A stretch of DNA of 64,000 nucleotides from Thermoanaerobaculia bacterium (GTDB taxonomy: Bacteria > Acidobacteriota > Thermoanaerobaculia > Multivoradales > Multivoraceae): NCBI GenBank assembly GCA_963666565.1, contig OY762911.1:2022797-2086796 (forward strand). Direction: 5' to 3'. The notes below the pieces were generated by a model. It did not search any database, was not told the DNA's origin, and saw nothing but the letters and a program-made list of their open reading frames with translations. This document shows positions 44,767 to 53,559 of this stretch, piece by piece. The translations under genes were made by a program, and so were the position numbers. Every line of letters begins with the position of its first letter. Within the stretch, counting starts at the first letter, position 1.

Positions 44767-47340
44767 TCAGGGCACTCTCTCCCCTCGTTCCGACTGCGCC
44801 GAGATGCGAAGAACCGCGGCGCCGGTGTTGCCCGTCACATCCACTTTCCCGTCATCATCGCCGTCCCCGTCGTCGTCATCATCCTCGTTCGCGCACTGGA
44901 ACGCGTTCGTGTCGCTCCTGGTCGAGGCCGTCTGGCCTTGCCGATTGCCGTGCGTCCACCGGGTGCCGTCCGGGCCCGTTATCAAGAGATTGAACTCCAG
45001 GGTCGTGACCGGCGCCACGAACGCCCAGCGGTGTCCGTTGTGCTTGCAGCCGTCGAGCACCTTGACCAGAACTTCCGCGTTGCCCCGGTCGAAGAACCAC
45101 AGGATGCCGGACTGGCCGGATGCCCAGACGCCGGACCTGGCCTGGCCCCCGTCTCCGTCGGGCGTGCGGTAGCACATGCTGACCTTGTAGCCGCCGTCGA
45201 ACTGAAGCGCGGTCGTCGTCGGCCTGCAGCCCATGGTCGGCGGAGCTGGGCGGTCACCTTCCCGAACCACGCGGATGTCGTGACCGGAAGGCGCCAGCAC
45301 CAACTCGTAGCGGTTGCCCCGCCAGGTGAACGGCCTGTCGGGGAGGAGCGCACCAGGCCTCGTCCTGTTTCCGTCCACGTCTTCGGTGAAGTCGCACTCG
45401 TTCAGCCAGCCGTTCCGGTCGAGGTCGAGGCAGACGAAGTCCTTGTCGTCCTCGGGCAGCGCGTCAGATGGGGAGTCGAACCGTCCGTCGCCGTTCCCAT
45501 CGACAGCCAGCGCCAGCAGCCGCCCTCCCGACGGCAGCTCGACTTCGCCCCTCCAGACGCTGGACGGGCCGTACACGAGACCGTTCGACAAGTCGCCGCG
45601 CTGGGCGGACATCGTAATGGCGTAGGGCAGGACCAGCCCCGACGCATAGGGCACTTCCAGAACCGCCCCGGTTGTCCCCACAGCCCACGGACGCTCCGTG
45701 TTCCACGCCGTGAGCAGCGGCGGTCCGTCGTCGGTGAGATTTCGGTTCCTGTTCCGATCAACCCAAACGCGGATGAACCGGTTCTGGAAGTACGACGAGT
45801 AGTACCCACTCGCCGCGAACCGTTCGACATCGCAAAGCTGAGGCAGGAGCACCGTCGGGCAGGACTCGGGTCTCCTATGGCTGTCGACGAGGATCTCGAA
45901 CCGGCCTCCCGCGTCTCCAAGCTCAAGAAACTGGTAGGACGCCGAGTCTCCCCGAACTGCCGGATAGACCACGTCGGATGGCCGACTTGCATGAACCTGT
46001 ACCCGCTGAGTGATGTGGAGGCCGGTGTAGCCGCTCAGCCTGCCGTTTCGGCTCACGAAGGCGAGTCCGCGGCCGTCCGTGTTGTCGTCCATCCGGTCCC
46101 CGATGCCGTCGCCGTCCGTGTCCCGCTGCTCCCGCGGGTTCAGAGGGAAGGCGTCCGCGGCGTTACTCACGCCGTCGCCGTCGGCGTCCCGGTCCAGTGC
46201 GTCGGCGATGCCGTCACCGTCCGTATCGCGCCAGTCTCGGTGGTCCAGAGGCAGAGCGTCGATGAAGTCCGGTGCTCCGTCGCCGTCGTCGTCAAGGTCG
46301 GTCCGATTCGGCGTGCCGTCGCCGTCAGTGTCGTTCGCGGTCCCTGGGCGCGCCAGCGCGGCGCCGGACGACAGCCACTCGAAGATCTCTCTCGGGGGCG
46401 TGTCGCCAGACGAGCAGTGACCGCCGGGCGCATCCAGATCCGCGCGGGTTTCCAGGCCCAGCCAGTCTGAGTAGTACCTCGCCATCGACTCGGCGTCCTG
46501 ATGCAGGAAGTCTCCCGTCGTGGCTTCCACGAACACGCGAAAGCGCTCCCTCACGAACTGGGCGGCGAATGGGGTCCACTGAAACGAGGGCCTCCACGGT
46601 GCGTGGTGGAACGGCGGAGCGACGGCGTAGGTGTCGTGCGAGGCGTCGCCGTCGAAATCCAGCCAGAAGCACCCGCAATGCGCGTGAAAGCCACCGCCGT
46701 AGCTGCCGCCGTAGAACTCCATGAACTGCGCCAGGAAGCAAGTGCCCTGGGAGCCGCCGGCGAAGACGATTCGGTCGTGGTCGAGAGCAAGCCGCGACTT
46801 CAGGTTGTTCTGGAGCAGTTCATGGATCAGGCGCGCGTCTTCGCCTTGCCAGAACCGGGTTCCTCCCGCGCCGACTGCTTCGGGGAGCAACGTGCGTTCA
46901 CCGAATGAGATCTCCTCCGGCACCGAGTTGGGAGACGCCGGCACGATCAGCGCCAGCCCAAGATCCAGAGCCGTATCGACGTGCTGGTACCTGGGCTGCC
47001 GCAGCTCCTCGGCCGTTCCCCTGTTGTTCCCGTGGAAGAAAACGACCGCTCCGCGAGGCGTCGTCGGATCCCAGCCGCTCCTCACCCAGTACCGGTAGAG
47101 GAGAGTCCGGCCGGTGGAATCGGTGAACGAGTCATCGTGCCATACCGTGGACTGCCCTTGGACGGCGCCGGAAGCGGCGAGGAGCGCAACTGTCAGCGCC
47201 CAACGTCGTCGTCCGAGTCTCCGAGTCAGCGCCTGCCGGGAGAGTCGCATCAGTTCTGCACAGTCCGCCAGGGTCGTCCCCATCGCTTGTTCTCTCACCT
47301 TTTGCCGCCCTTCGATGGATGCACGGGATTCAACTCGCAC
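44767..47340 (-). CDS. Secreted multidomain protein: alpha/beta-hydrolase (GGSQG serine esterase), thrombospondin type-3 Ca-binding repeats, unknown middle region, shared four-Cys domain, acidic tail
   Basis: Signal peptide; VVFFHGNN...FAGGSQGTCF; DTDGDGxxD TSP3 repeats x4-5; C-terminal domain about 90 percent identical to that of 47388-48953. Confidence 0.65.
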   Translation of the reverse strand: MRVESRASIEGRQKVREQAMGTTLADCAELMRLSRQALTRRLGRRRWALTVALLAASGAVQGQSTVWHDDSFTDSTGRTLLYRYWVRSGWDPTTPRGAVVFFHGNNRGTAEELRQPRYQHVDTALDLGLALIVPASPNSVPEEISFGERTLLPEAVGAGGTRFWQGEDARLIHELLQNNLKSRLALDHDRIVFAGGSQGTCFLAQFMEFYGGSYGGGFHAHCGCFWLDFDGDASHDTYAVAPPFHHAPWRPSFQWTPFAAQFVRERFRVFVEATTGDFLHQDAESMARYYSDWLGLETRADLDAPGGHCSSGDTPPREIFEWLSSGAALARPGTANDTDGDGTPNRTDLDDDGDGAPDFIDALPLDHRDWRDTDGDGIADALDRDADGDGVSNAADAFPLNPREQRDTDGDGIGDRMDDNTDGRGLAFVSRNGRLSGYTGLHITQRVQVHASRPSDVVYPAVRGDSASYQFLELGDAGGRFEILVDSHRRPESCPTVLLPQLCDVERFAASGYYSSYFQNRFIRVWVDRNRNRNLTDDGPPLLTAWNTERPWAVGTTGAVLEVPYASGLVLPYAITMSAQRGDLSNGLVYGPSSVWRGEVELPSGGRLLALAVDGNGDGRFDSPSDALPEDDKDFVCLDLDRNGWLNECDFTEDVDGNRTRPGALLPDRPFTWRGNRYELVLAPSGHDIRVVREGDRPAPPTMGCRPTTTALQFDGGYKVSMCYRTPDGDGGQARSGVWASGQSGILWFFDRGNAEVLVKVLDGCKHNGHRWAFVAPVTTLEFNLLITGPDGTRWTHGNRQGQTASTRSDTNAFQCANEDDDDDGDGDDDGKVDVTGNTGAAVLRISAQSERGERVP
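44893..45231 (-). repeat. Dispersed about 340 bp repeat copy 2
   Basis: About 95 percent nucleotide identity to 48054-48392. Confidence 0.75.
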
Positions 47341-47387
47341 AGAGCCTCTGTCGGGTCGTCGTCATGCGGCGGCTCCCTCGCGGCCCT

Positions 47388-48953
47388 CTACCTCCTGGTC
47401 TCTACCCAGGTACCGGCCGTAACCGTTCTCCCTTCGATCCGGCAGGTGCTCGCGTCGCATGTGTACCGATAGGGACGCCTCTCGACGTAGCCGTTCCGAG
47501 AACAGCGCACGTTCGTTTTGCCACCGGAGTTGCTGAGGGAACACCTCGACAACCCGCCGTTGAGGCTCCACGAATCCGAGGGCAACGTCGTAATGACGTC
47601 ACCGACGTTGTACCTGGTTCCCGACCCGCCGCCGCCGCTGACCGTCACGCGGACGCCGCTGGAACAGTTGTTGCCGGTGTTCGATTCGCCCGACACGGAA
47701 TCCACGCAGGCGCCGTAGTAGTACGTGCCCGCGCTGGACGGCGCCGTCAGGCTGATCGACTCGGCACTGGAGCTCGAGGCGGAGAGGACACCGACCGAAT
47801 CCGTGCCGACCTGCGTGTCGGAGGTGCCGATGCTGGAGTTCGACGAGCGGTAGTAGCGCAGCGTCGTGGCGGCGGAGCGACCGTCGCCCTGGTTGCGCAC
47901 CGTGGCGCGGAGCGTGAAGCGGTCGCCCGCGCTGAGGCTGCTGTCGCTGACCGACGGGCTCGACACCACGAGGTCGGGCGCCGACGTTGGTTCGTCATCG
48001 TCCCCGTCATCATCACTGTCGTCCCCGTCATTGTCGTCATCACCATCGGTCGCGCAAGCGAACGCTCTGTTGTCGCTCTTGGTCGAAGCCGTCTGGCCTT
48101 GCCGGTTGCTGTGCGTCCACCGCTTGCCGTCCGGTCCCGTGATCCAGAGGTTGAACTCCAGGGTCGTGACCGGCGCCACGAACGCCCAGCGGTGTCCGTT
48201 GTGTGTGCAACCGTCGAGCACTTTGACCAGAACTTCCGCGTTGCCCCGGTCGAAGAACCACAGGATGCCGGACTGGCCGGATGCCCAGACGCCGGACTTC
48301 GCCTGGCCCACGTCCCCAGCGGGCGTGCGGTAGCACATGCTGACGTCGTAGCCGCCGTCGAAGCGGAGCGCCGTTGTCGTGGGCCTGCAGCCTGCGGTTG
48401 GCGGGGGGTCGGGATCGGGATCCGGCGGCTGACTTTCTTCGGACGTTGCGCGCACTTCGCATCCGGTGGGCGTTGCTCCAGAGACCGTCCCGGTCATGTG
48501 GAAGGTCCTGGTCTGGTTGGCCTCCATCCTCCCGAGGAGCTGATTGCCTATCTGGCGCCGCCCCGGCTCGATATAGCCCCGTACCCTGACGTTCCTGACG
48601 GACCGTTGGGCCGTCACGCTCCCGCCGATGGTCGCGTTCCAGGTGCTGCCGGCGGTCTGGTCAGCCCTGCAGGTCGTGACGCGGCCGGTCAAGGCCGGGC
48701 CGGACGCTGCTGCATGGACGGATTCGGTGTCACCGGCGGCGGCATTGACGAACACCGTGCTCGGTGCGGCGTGCAGAGGCACTTCCCAGGCAACAAGTTC
48801 CCGGTCCTGCTGAGCGGCCGATGGCGCCGAAACGGCCATGGTCAACGCCATCAGCGTCAGCAGGACGGCGGGTCGAGGAACGCGAACGCCTCCGGCTCCG
48901 TTCCCTCCGCGGGTCTGGCGCTTCTGGCTCGGGCCGATCATTGTGTTGTTCAT
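47388..48953 (-). CDS. Secreted multidomain protein: unknown N-domain, PDPDPD linker, shared four-Cys domain, poly-acidic linker, CARDB-like domain, Cys-containing C-terminal domain
   Basis: Signal peptide; CARDB-like region LVVSSPSVSDSSLSAGDRFTLRATVRNQGDG; shared domain GCRPTTTALRFDGGYDVSMCY...AFAC. Confidence 0.6.
   Translation of the reverse strand: MNNTMIGPSQKRQTRGGNGAGGVRVPRPAVLLTLMALTMAVSAPSAAQQDRELVAWEVPLHAAPSTVFVNAAAGDTESVHAAASGPALTGRVTTCRADQTAGSTWNATIGGSVTAQRSVRNVRVRGYIEPGRRQIGNQLLGRMEANQTRTFHMTGTVSGATPTGCEVRATSEESQPPDPDPDPPPTAGCRPTTTALRFDGGYDVSMCYRTPAGDVGQAKSGVWASGQSGILWFFDRGNAEVLVKVLDGCTHNGHRWAFVAPVTTLEFNLWITGPDGKRWTHSNRQGQTASTKSDNRAFACATDGDDDNDGDDSDDDGDDDEPTSAPDLVVSSPSVSDSSLSAGDRFTLRATVRNQGDGRSAATTLRYYRSSNSSIGTSDTQVGTDSVGVLSASSSSAESISLTAPSSAGTYYYGACVDSVSGESNTGNNCSSGVRVTVSGGGGSGTRYNVGDVITTLPSDSWSLNGGLSRCSLSNSGGKTNVRCSRNGYVERRPYRYTCDASTCRIEGRTVTAGTWVETRR
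48054..48392 (-). repeat. Dispersed about 340 bp repeat copy 3
   Basis: See copies 1 and 2. Confidence 0.75.
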
Positions 48954-49098
48954 GGTGACCGTGTCTCCTTGGTCCGGTTGGCCGCCAGGTCTCCTGCCCT
49001 TCCGCCGTCAACACCCGGCGATTTGCCGCGACGGACGCGCGCTTCGCGTTTACCGAAGACGCGCTCTTCATCATGCTCGTCAGCCTACGACGGACGCG

Positions 49099-49130
49099 GC
49101 TTGTAGTGCCGAGGAGAAACGTGTAGCCGG
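49099..49130 (-). promoter_or_regulatory. Conserved upstream motif CTTGTAGT-N14-ACGTGTAGC (copy 2)
   Basis: Upstream of the first gene of the minus-strand cluster (start 48953); see copy 1. Confidence 0.35.
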
Positions 49131-49151
49131 TCGCGGTGGCGCGGCAGCCGG

Positions 49152-51845
49152 TCAGGAGTCGCCGGGGATCAGGCCCATGTCCCAGGCCCGCCGGACGGCC
49201 TCCGCCCGATTGCGGGTGCCGAGCTTGGCGAAGATGCTCCGCAGGTTGTACCTCACGCCATGCGTCGTCAGACCCAGTTCGGCGGCGATCTCCTTGTCGC
49301 GGCGACCCGGCAACCGGTGCAGCACTTCAAGTTCGCGCTCGCTGAGCGACGGCGCCGAACCATCGTCCGCGTCGCACATCGCCAGGAGCGAACGGGCGGC
49401 TGGCCGGTGGGAGGCGTCCGCGCCGAGCTCGAGGTACATCCGCAACGCGTCCGCGCAGGTTGCCTGGTCCCGCACCAGGGGCCAGGCGTAGGGCGACTCG
49501 ACGAACAGCCTTAGGTACTCCGTCAGATGCCGCAGGCTCGCCTGGGTGTCGCCGGCCTGCTGTTCCAGCGAGACGGACAGCGCCAGGGCGCGCATCTCGA
49601 CGGTGCGGAGGCCCAGCTCGGCCGCAACCGAGCGTAGCCGGCGCAGCAACGAGCGCCCTTCCTCCCACCGTCGGCCCGCGATCGACAATCGGGCGCGAGC
49701 TTCCGAAACGGCCTCCATTTCCCTCCAGCTCTGAGCCGTCAGATCCACGCAGTCCTCAGGCTCCTCCGGCAACGCCTCCCGCCGCCAGGCGCGCTCGGCT
49801 TCCGTCGTGCGGCCGGCGATCGCCAGCACCGATATCCGGAGCGCGACGATCAGTCTCAGGAAGGCGGTCAATCCGGCCCTGCGTGAACGAAGCACCAGCT
49901 TGTCTGCCACGGCGAGAGCCTCTTCGACCTGTCCGGACCCGAGTCTGGCGCCGATCAACACGTTGCTGGCCGTTGCGAAGTACGAGAAGGGCACGCCGTG
50001 GCGCGTCAACACGCTCAGTACGCCGGGCGGGTTGGCGGCTGCCGAAGCCGGGTTGCATTCCAGGGCGATTTCGTGCCGCACGAGATCGCAGCTCGTGGTC
50101 GCCGTGGGATCGAGCATGAAGCACTTCCTGGCAATCCGCCGTGCTCTGCGGCAGTGTGCCCGGGCGTCCCGTGGCCGGCCCCTCACGAAGTCGATCTGGC
50201 CATGCAGGATTCCTCCGTACAGCGCGATGTAGTCGGTACCGGTGGACTCGAGCGCCGCGGAGAGCGTGTCGAGAGCGTCGGCGAACTCTCCCTTCAGAAA
50301 GTGGAGGATGCACAGCCCGTACTCGAACCCGCCGCGCTTGGCCGGGGCCAGATCCGCATCCGCCGTCAGCCGGGCGATGTCGCGAAGCAGGGCCTCCGAC
50401 GAGTCCGACCCGACGGGAGATATCCCGTACAGGGCCAGGCAGAAGCGAGCGGTGAGATGCTCCAGGCGGTAGCGGAAGTCGTCCTCGTCGTCGCTGGCGG
50501 GGACAGGACGGGGACACGTCCGGTAGAGATCCCGAGCTTGGTCGCCACGTCCGGTAAGCGCCAGCGTGACGCATCTGAGGAGCTTGAGTCGCGGCGATTC
50601 GGCGACGACAGCCTCGCTCAACAGGCGGTTCGCTTGCTGCAACTCCGGGACGCCGTTGCGCATCCACAAGCGTACCCCGCCCGCCTGTTCGGCAATCCGA
50701 CCGGCGAGGAACGGATCGCGCCCCTCGATCGCGTGGCGCATGGCCGCTATCGTCTCGCGGCGTTTCGCCAGGGCGGCGGCGATGCGCCGATGGATGGCGG
50801 CGAAGCGTTCCGGGTCTTCGCGAAGCCGCCTGGCGGCGCAGTGCTCTCGCACCAGCGGATGCAGCCGCCAGCGCCGGGTTTCGCCGTCGCTCAGCGGCTC
50901 AAGCAGCCCGGTCAGCGCGGCCATCGACTCGAAGCGGCGCATCGAGTCGTTTCGTTGCAGGACTTCGTCCAACAGCGCCGCGTCGGTCCAGTCGAGCAGG
51001 GACATGTCCAGAACGAAGTCCCGGTCGCCGCGCCCGAGAGGCGCGAACAGGCGGGACTCGATCCAGTTTCCGAGGAAGCCATGCCCACTGTCGCGGTCGT
51101 CGTGCGCTTCGTGTTGCATACCGTTGCGGGCAATGCGCAGTGCGACCGGCCATCCGGCTGAACGGTCGATCTCTCTCGCCAGGGCTCGGCGGGAAAGGCG
51201 GAGACCGAAGAACCTGGCCACCTCCGCTCGGGAGAACCTCAGGTCTTCGGTTTCCACGGCCTCCGCGTGGCCCGCCAGCAGGGGACTGGCCACATCGAGG
51301 CCGTCCGGGATCTCCCGGCCCGCCAAAGCCAGGTGCAGATTGGAGGGGCCGCGTTGCAGGAGCAACGTCAGGAGCGGGACGGAGGCGGGATTCAGACGCT
51401 CCAGCTCGTCGAACGCAATGACGAAGGGTCTTCCGAGGGACTCGATTCCGTGCAGAACGGTGCCGATCCGGCTCGCCGGTCCAGCGCGCGTTTCCCTCAC
51501 GGGCGGCACGTCGCCCAGGTTCAACCCGGCCTCGGCGCAGGCGAAGGCGATGTAAACGTCGAGTACGCCGGGCTCGTCGTTCTCGTCCAGCGAAATCCAG
51601 GCCGTGGCGACCCCGTCCCGGCGGACTCGGCGGCAGCACTCCGCCATCAGGGTCGTCTTCCCGAAACCGCCGGAGGCCCTCAGCACCGAGAGCTTGCGGC
51701 GCGTGGGCAGCGCCCGCTTCTCGAGTTCCGGCCGGCTGAGGTAGCCGGCCACCCTGTCCGGGATCGCGACCTTCCGCCGCAGCAGCCAAGGGAACGCGCG
51801 CGCGGGGAAGGACTCCGCGGGCATTCCTCGCGACGCTCCGGTCAT
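49152..51845 (-). CDS. Large ATP-binding LuxR-family transcriptional regulator (LAL / MalT-like)
   Basis: N-terminal P-loop (GGFGKTTL), long helical/TPR-like middle, C-terminal LuxR HTH (LSERELEVLHRLPGRRDKEIAAELGLTTHGVRYNLRSIFAKLG). Confidence 0.8.
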   Translation of the reverse strand: MTGASRGMPAESFPARAFPWLLRRKVAIPDRVAGYLSRPELEKRALPTRRKLSVLRASGGFGKTTLMAECCRRVRRDGVATAWISLDENDEPGVLDVYIAFACAEAGLNLGDVPPVRETRAGPASRIGTVLHGIESLGRPFVIAFDELERLNPASVPLLTLLLQRGPSNLHLALAGREIPDGLDVASPLLAGHAEAVETEDLRFSRAEVARFFGLRLSRRALAREIDRSAGWPVALRIARNGMQHEAHDDRDSGHGFLGNWIESRLFAPLGRGDRDFVLDMSLLDWTDAALLDEVLQRNDSMRRFESMAALTGLLEPLSDGETRRWRLHPLVREHCAARRLREDPERFAAIHRRIAAALAKRRETIAAMRHAIEGRDPFLAGRIAEQAGGVRLWMRNGVPELQQANRLLSEAVVAESPRLKLLRCVTLALTGRGDQARDLYRTCPRPVPASDDEDDFRYRLEHLTARFCLALYGISPVGSDSSEALLRDIARLTADADLAPAKRGGFEYGLCILHFLKGEFADALDTLSAALESTGTDYIALYGGILHGQIDFVRGRPRDARAHCRRARRIARKCFMLDPTATTSCDLVRHEIALECNPASAAANPPGVLSVLTRHGVPFSYFATASNVLIGARLGSGQVEEALAVADKLVLRSRRAGLTAFLRLIVALRISVLAIAGRTTEAERAWRREALPEEPEDCVDLTAQSWREMEAVSEARARLSIAGRRWEEGRSLLRRLRSVAAELGLRTVEMRALALSVSLEQQAGDTQASLRHLTEYLRLFVESPYAWPLVRDQATCADALRMYLELGADASHRPAARSLLAMCDADDGSAPSLSERELEVLHRLPGRRDKEIAAELGLTTHGVRYNLRSIFAKLGTRNRAEAVRRAWDMGLIPGDS

Positions 51846-51888
51846 TCGGCGATCTTACCGGGGACGCCTACTGCTAGATTGCCCGCCC

Positions 51889-53559
51889 ATGAGCGACTGG
51901 CATCACGCGGACATTCTCGAAGCGATCGCCCGGCACCAGCCGGAGGCGCCGGCGCAAGCCTTCGTCGATCCCCTGGGCGGCGAACCGGCGCGCCGCTACT
52001 CGCAGGCCGAGCTGCACCGTCGCGCGAACGGCGTCGCGGCGACGCTGATCGCGCGCGGCGCGAAGCGCCAGGACAAGGTTGCACAGTACCTCTACAACGT
52101 GCCGGAGTACCTGGAGTCCGTCCTCGCCTGCTTCAAGGCGTCGCTGGTGCCGGTGAACACGAACTACCGCTACGTGGAGAGCGAGCTCCTCTACCTGTGG
52201 GACAACGCCGACGTCGTGGCGGTTGTCTTCCACGGCTGCTTCGCCTCGCGGATCGCGGACCTGCGGGCGAAGATGCCGGCGATCCACACTTGGCTGTGGG
52301 TCGACGACGGCTCGGGTCCCTGCCCCGAGTGGGCGATCCCCTACGAGCAGGCGGCCGCCGCGGCGTCCGGCGAGCCCGGCGACTCGCTGGCCTTCGAGGC
52401 GCCTTGGCCGCGCAGCGGCGACGATCTGTGGCTGCTCTACACCGGCGGCACGACCGGCATGCCGAAGGGCGTCATGTGGCGGCTCGACGACCTCTGGCTG
52501 CTCGGCAACGAAGGCCGGCCCGAGCCGTTCGACCTCTCGGGCGGCGTCGAGGGCCTCGTGCCCCAGTTCGACGAACTCCTCATGCGGCGCGTCTCGCTTC
52601 CCGCCTGCCCGCTGATGCACGGCACCGGCTTCCTCACCGCGCTCGGCGGCATGTTGAACGGCGGCACGGTGATCACCCTGGCCAACCGCCGCTTCGACGC
52701 GGTCGCGACCCTCGAGGCGATCACCGGCGAGAAGATCAACGGGATGGCGATCGTCGGCGACGCGTTCGCCAGGCCGATGGTGCGGGCGCTGGAGGCGGAA
52801 CCGGACCGCTTCGATCTCTCCAGCCTGGAGGCCGTCGTCTCCTCCGGCGCGATGTGGAGCGCCGAGGTCAAGCGGGCCTTCCTGCGGTTCTGCCCGCCGG
52901 AGACGATCCTGACGGACAGCCTCGGGTCGTCCGAGTCGATCGGCATGGGCCGTTCGGACTCGACCGCCGGCGAGGAGAGCGAAACGGCCTCCTTCGTGCT
53001 CGGCGACAACGCCTGCGTCATCGACGACGACGGCAACAAGGTCGAACCGGGCTCGGGCGTGCTCGGCCGCATCGCCGTGACCGGTCACATCCCGCTCGGC
53101 TACTACAAGGACCCCGAGAAGACCGCGGCCATATTCACCGAAGTCGACGGCGTCCGCTACTCGATGGCGGGCGACTACGCCACCGTCGAGGCGGACGGCT
53201 CCCTCAAGCTCTACGGCCGCGGCTCCGTGTGCATCAACAGCGGCGGCGAGAAGATCTTCCCCGAGGAGGTCGAGGAAGTGCTGAAGACCCACCCTTCGGT
53301 CCGCGACGCGGTGTGCGTCGGCGTGCCGGACGAGCGCTTCGGTCAGGCGGTGACGGCGGTCGTCGAGCTGGACGACGCCGCCCGCTTCAGCGAGCCGGAC
53401 GTCATCGGCTGGGTCAAGCGGGAACTGGCGTCCTACAAGGCGCCCAAGCGCGTCCTGGTGCGGGACAGCGTGGGCCGGGCCGCGAACGGCAAGGCCGACT
53501 ACAACGGCCTGCGCGAGTGGGCGGTCGGCGAGCTCGCCGCGGGCGAGGCGGCGCCGTGA
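51889..53559 (+). CDS. Acyl-CoA synthetase (AMP-dependent synthetase/ligase)
   Basis: LYTGGTTGMPKGV AMP-binding motif; C-terminal GEKI and K..PK motifs. Confidence 0.85.
   Translation: MSDWHHADILEAIARHQPEAPAQAFVDPLGGEPARRYSQAELHRRANGVAATLIARGAKRQDKVAQYLYNVPEYLESVLACFKASLVPVNTNYRYVESELLYLWDNADVVAVVFHGCFASRIADLRAKMPAIHTWLWVDDGSGPCPEWAIPYEQAAAAASGEPGDSLAFEAPWPRSGDDLWLLYTGGTTGMPKGVMWRLDDLWLLGNEGRPEPFDLSGGVEGLVPQFDELLMRRVSLPACPLMHGTGFLTALGGMLNGGTVITLANRRFDAVATLEAITGEKINGMAIVGDAFARPMVRALEAEPDRFDLSSLEAVVSSGAMWSAEVKRAFLRFCPPETILTDSLGSSESIGMGRSDSTAGEESETASFVLGDNACVIDDDGNKVEPGSGVLGRIAVTGHIPLGYYKDPEKTAAIFTEVDGVRYSMAGDYATVEADGSLKLYGRGSVCINSGGEKIFPEEVEEVLKTHPSVRDAVCVGVPDERFGQAVTAVVELDDAARFSEPDVIGWVKRELASYKAPKRVLVRDSVGRAANGKADYNGLREWAVGELAAGEAAP

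Noticed and set aside
49081-49140. Sigma-54 (-24/-12) promoter reading of the conserved upstream motif (GGCAC...GC)
   Set aside because: The GG-to-GC spacing is 8 rather than the required 10 nt and no TTGC -12 element is present; kept only as an uncharacterised conserved motif.
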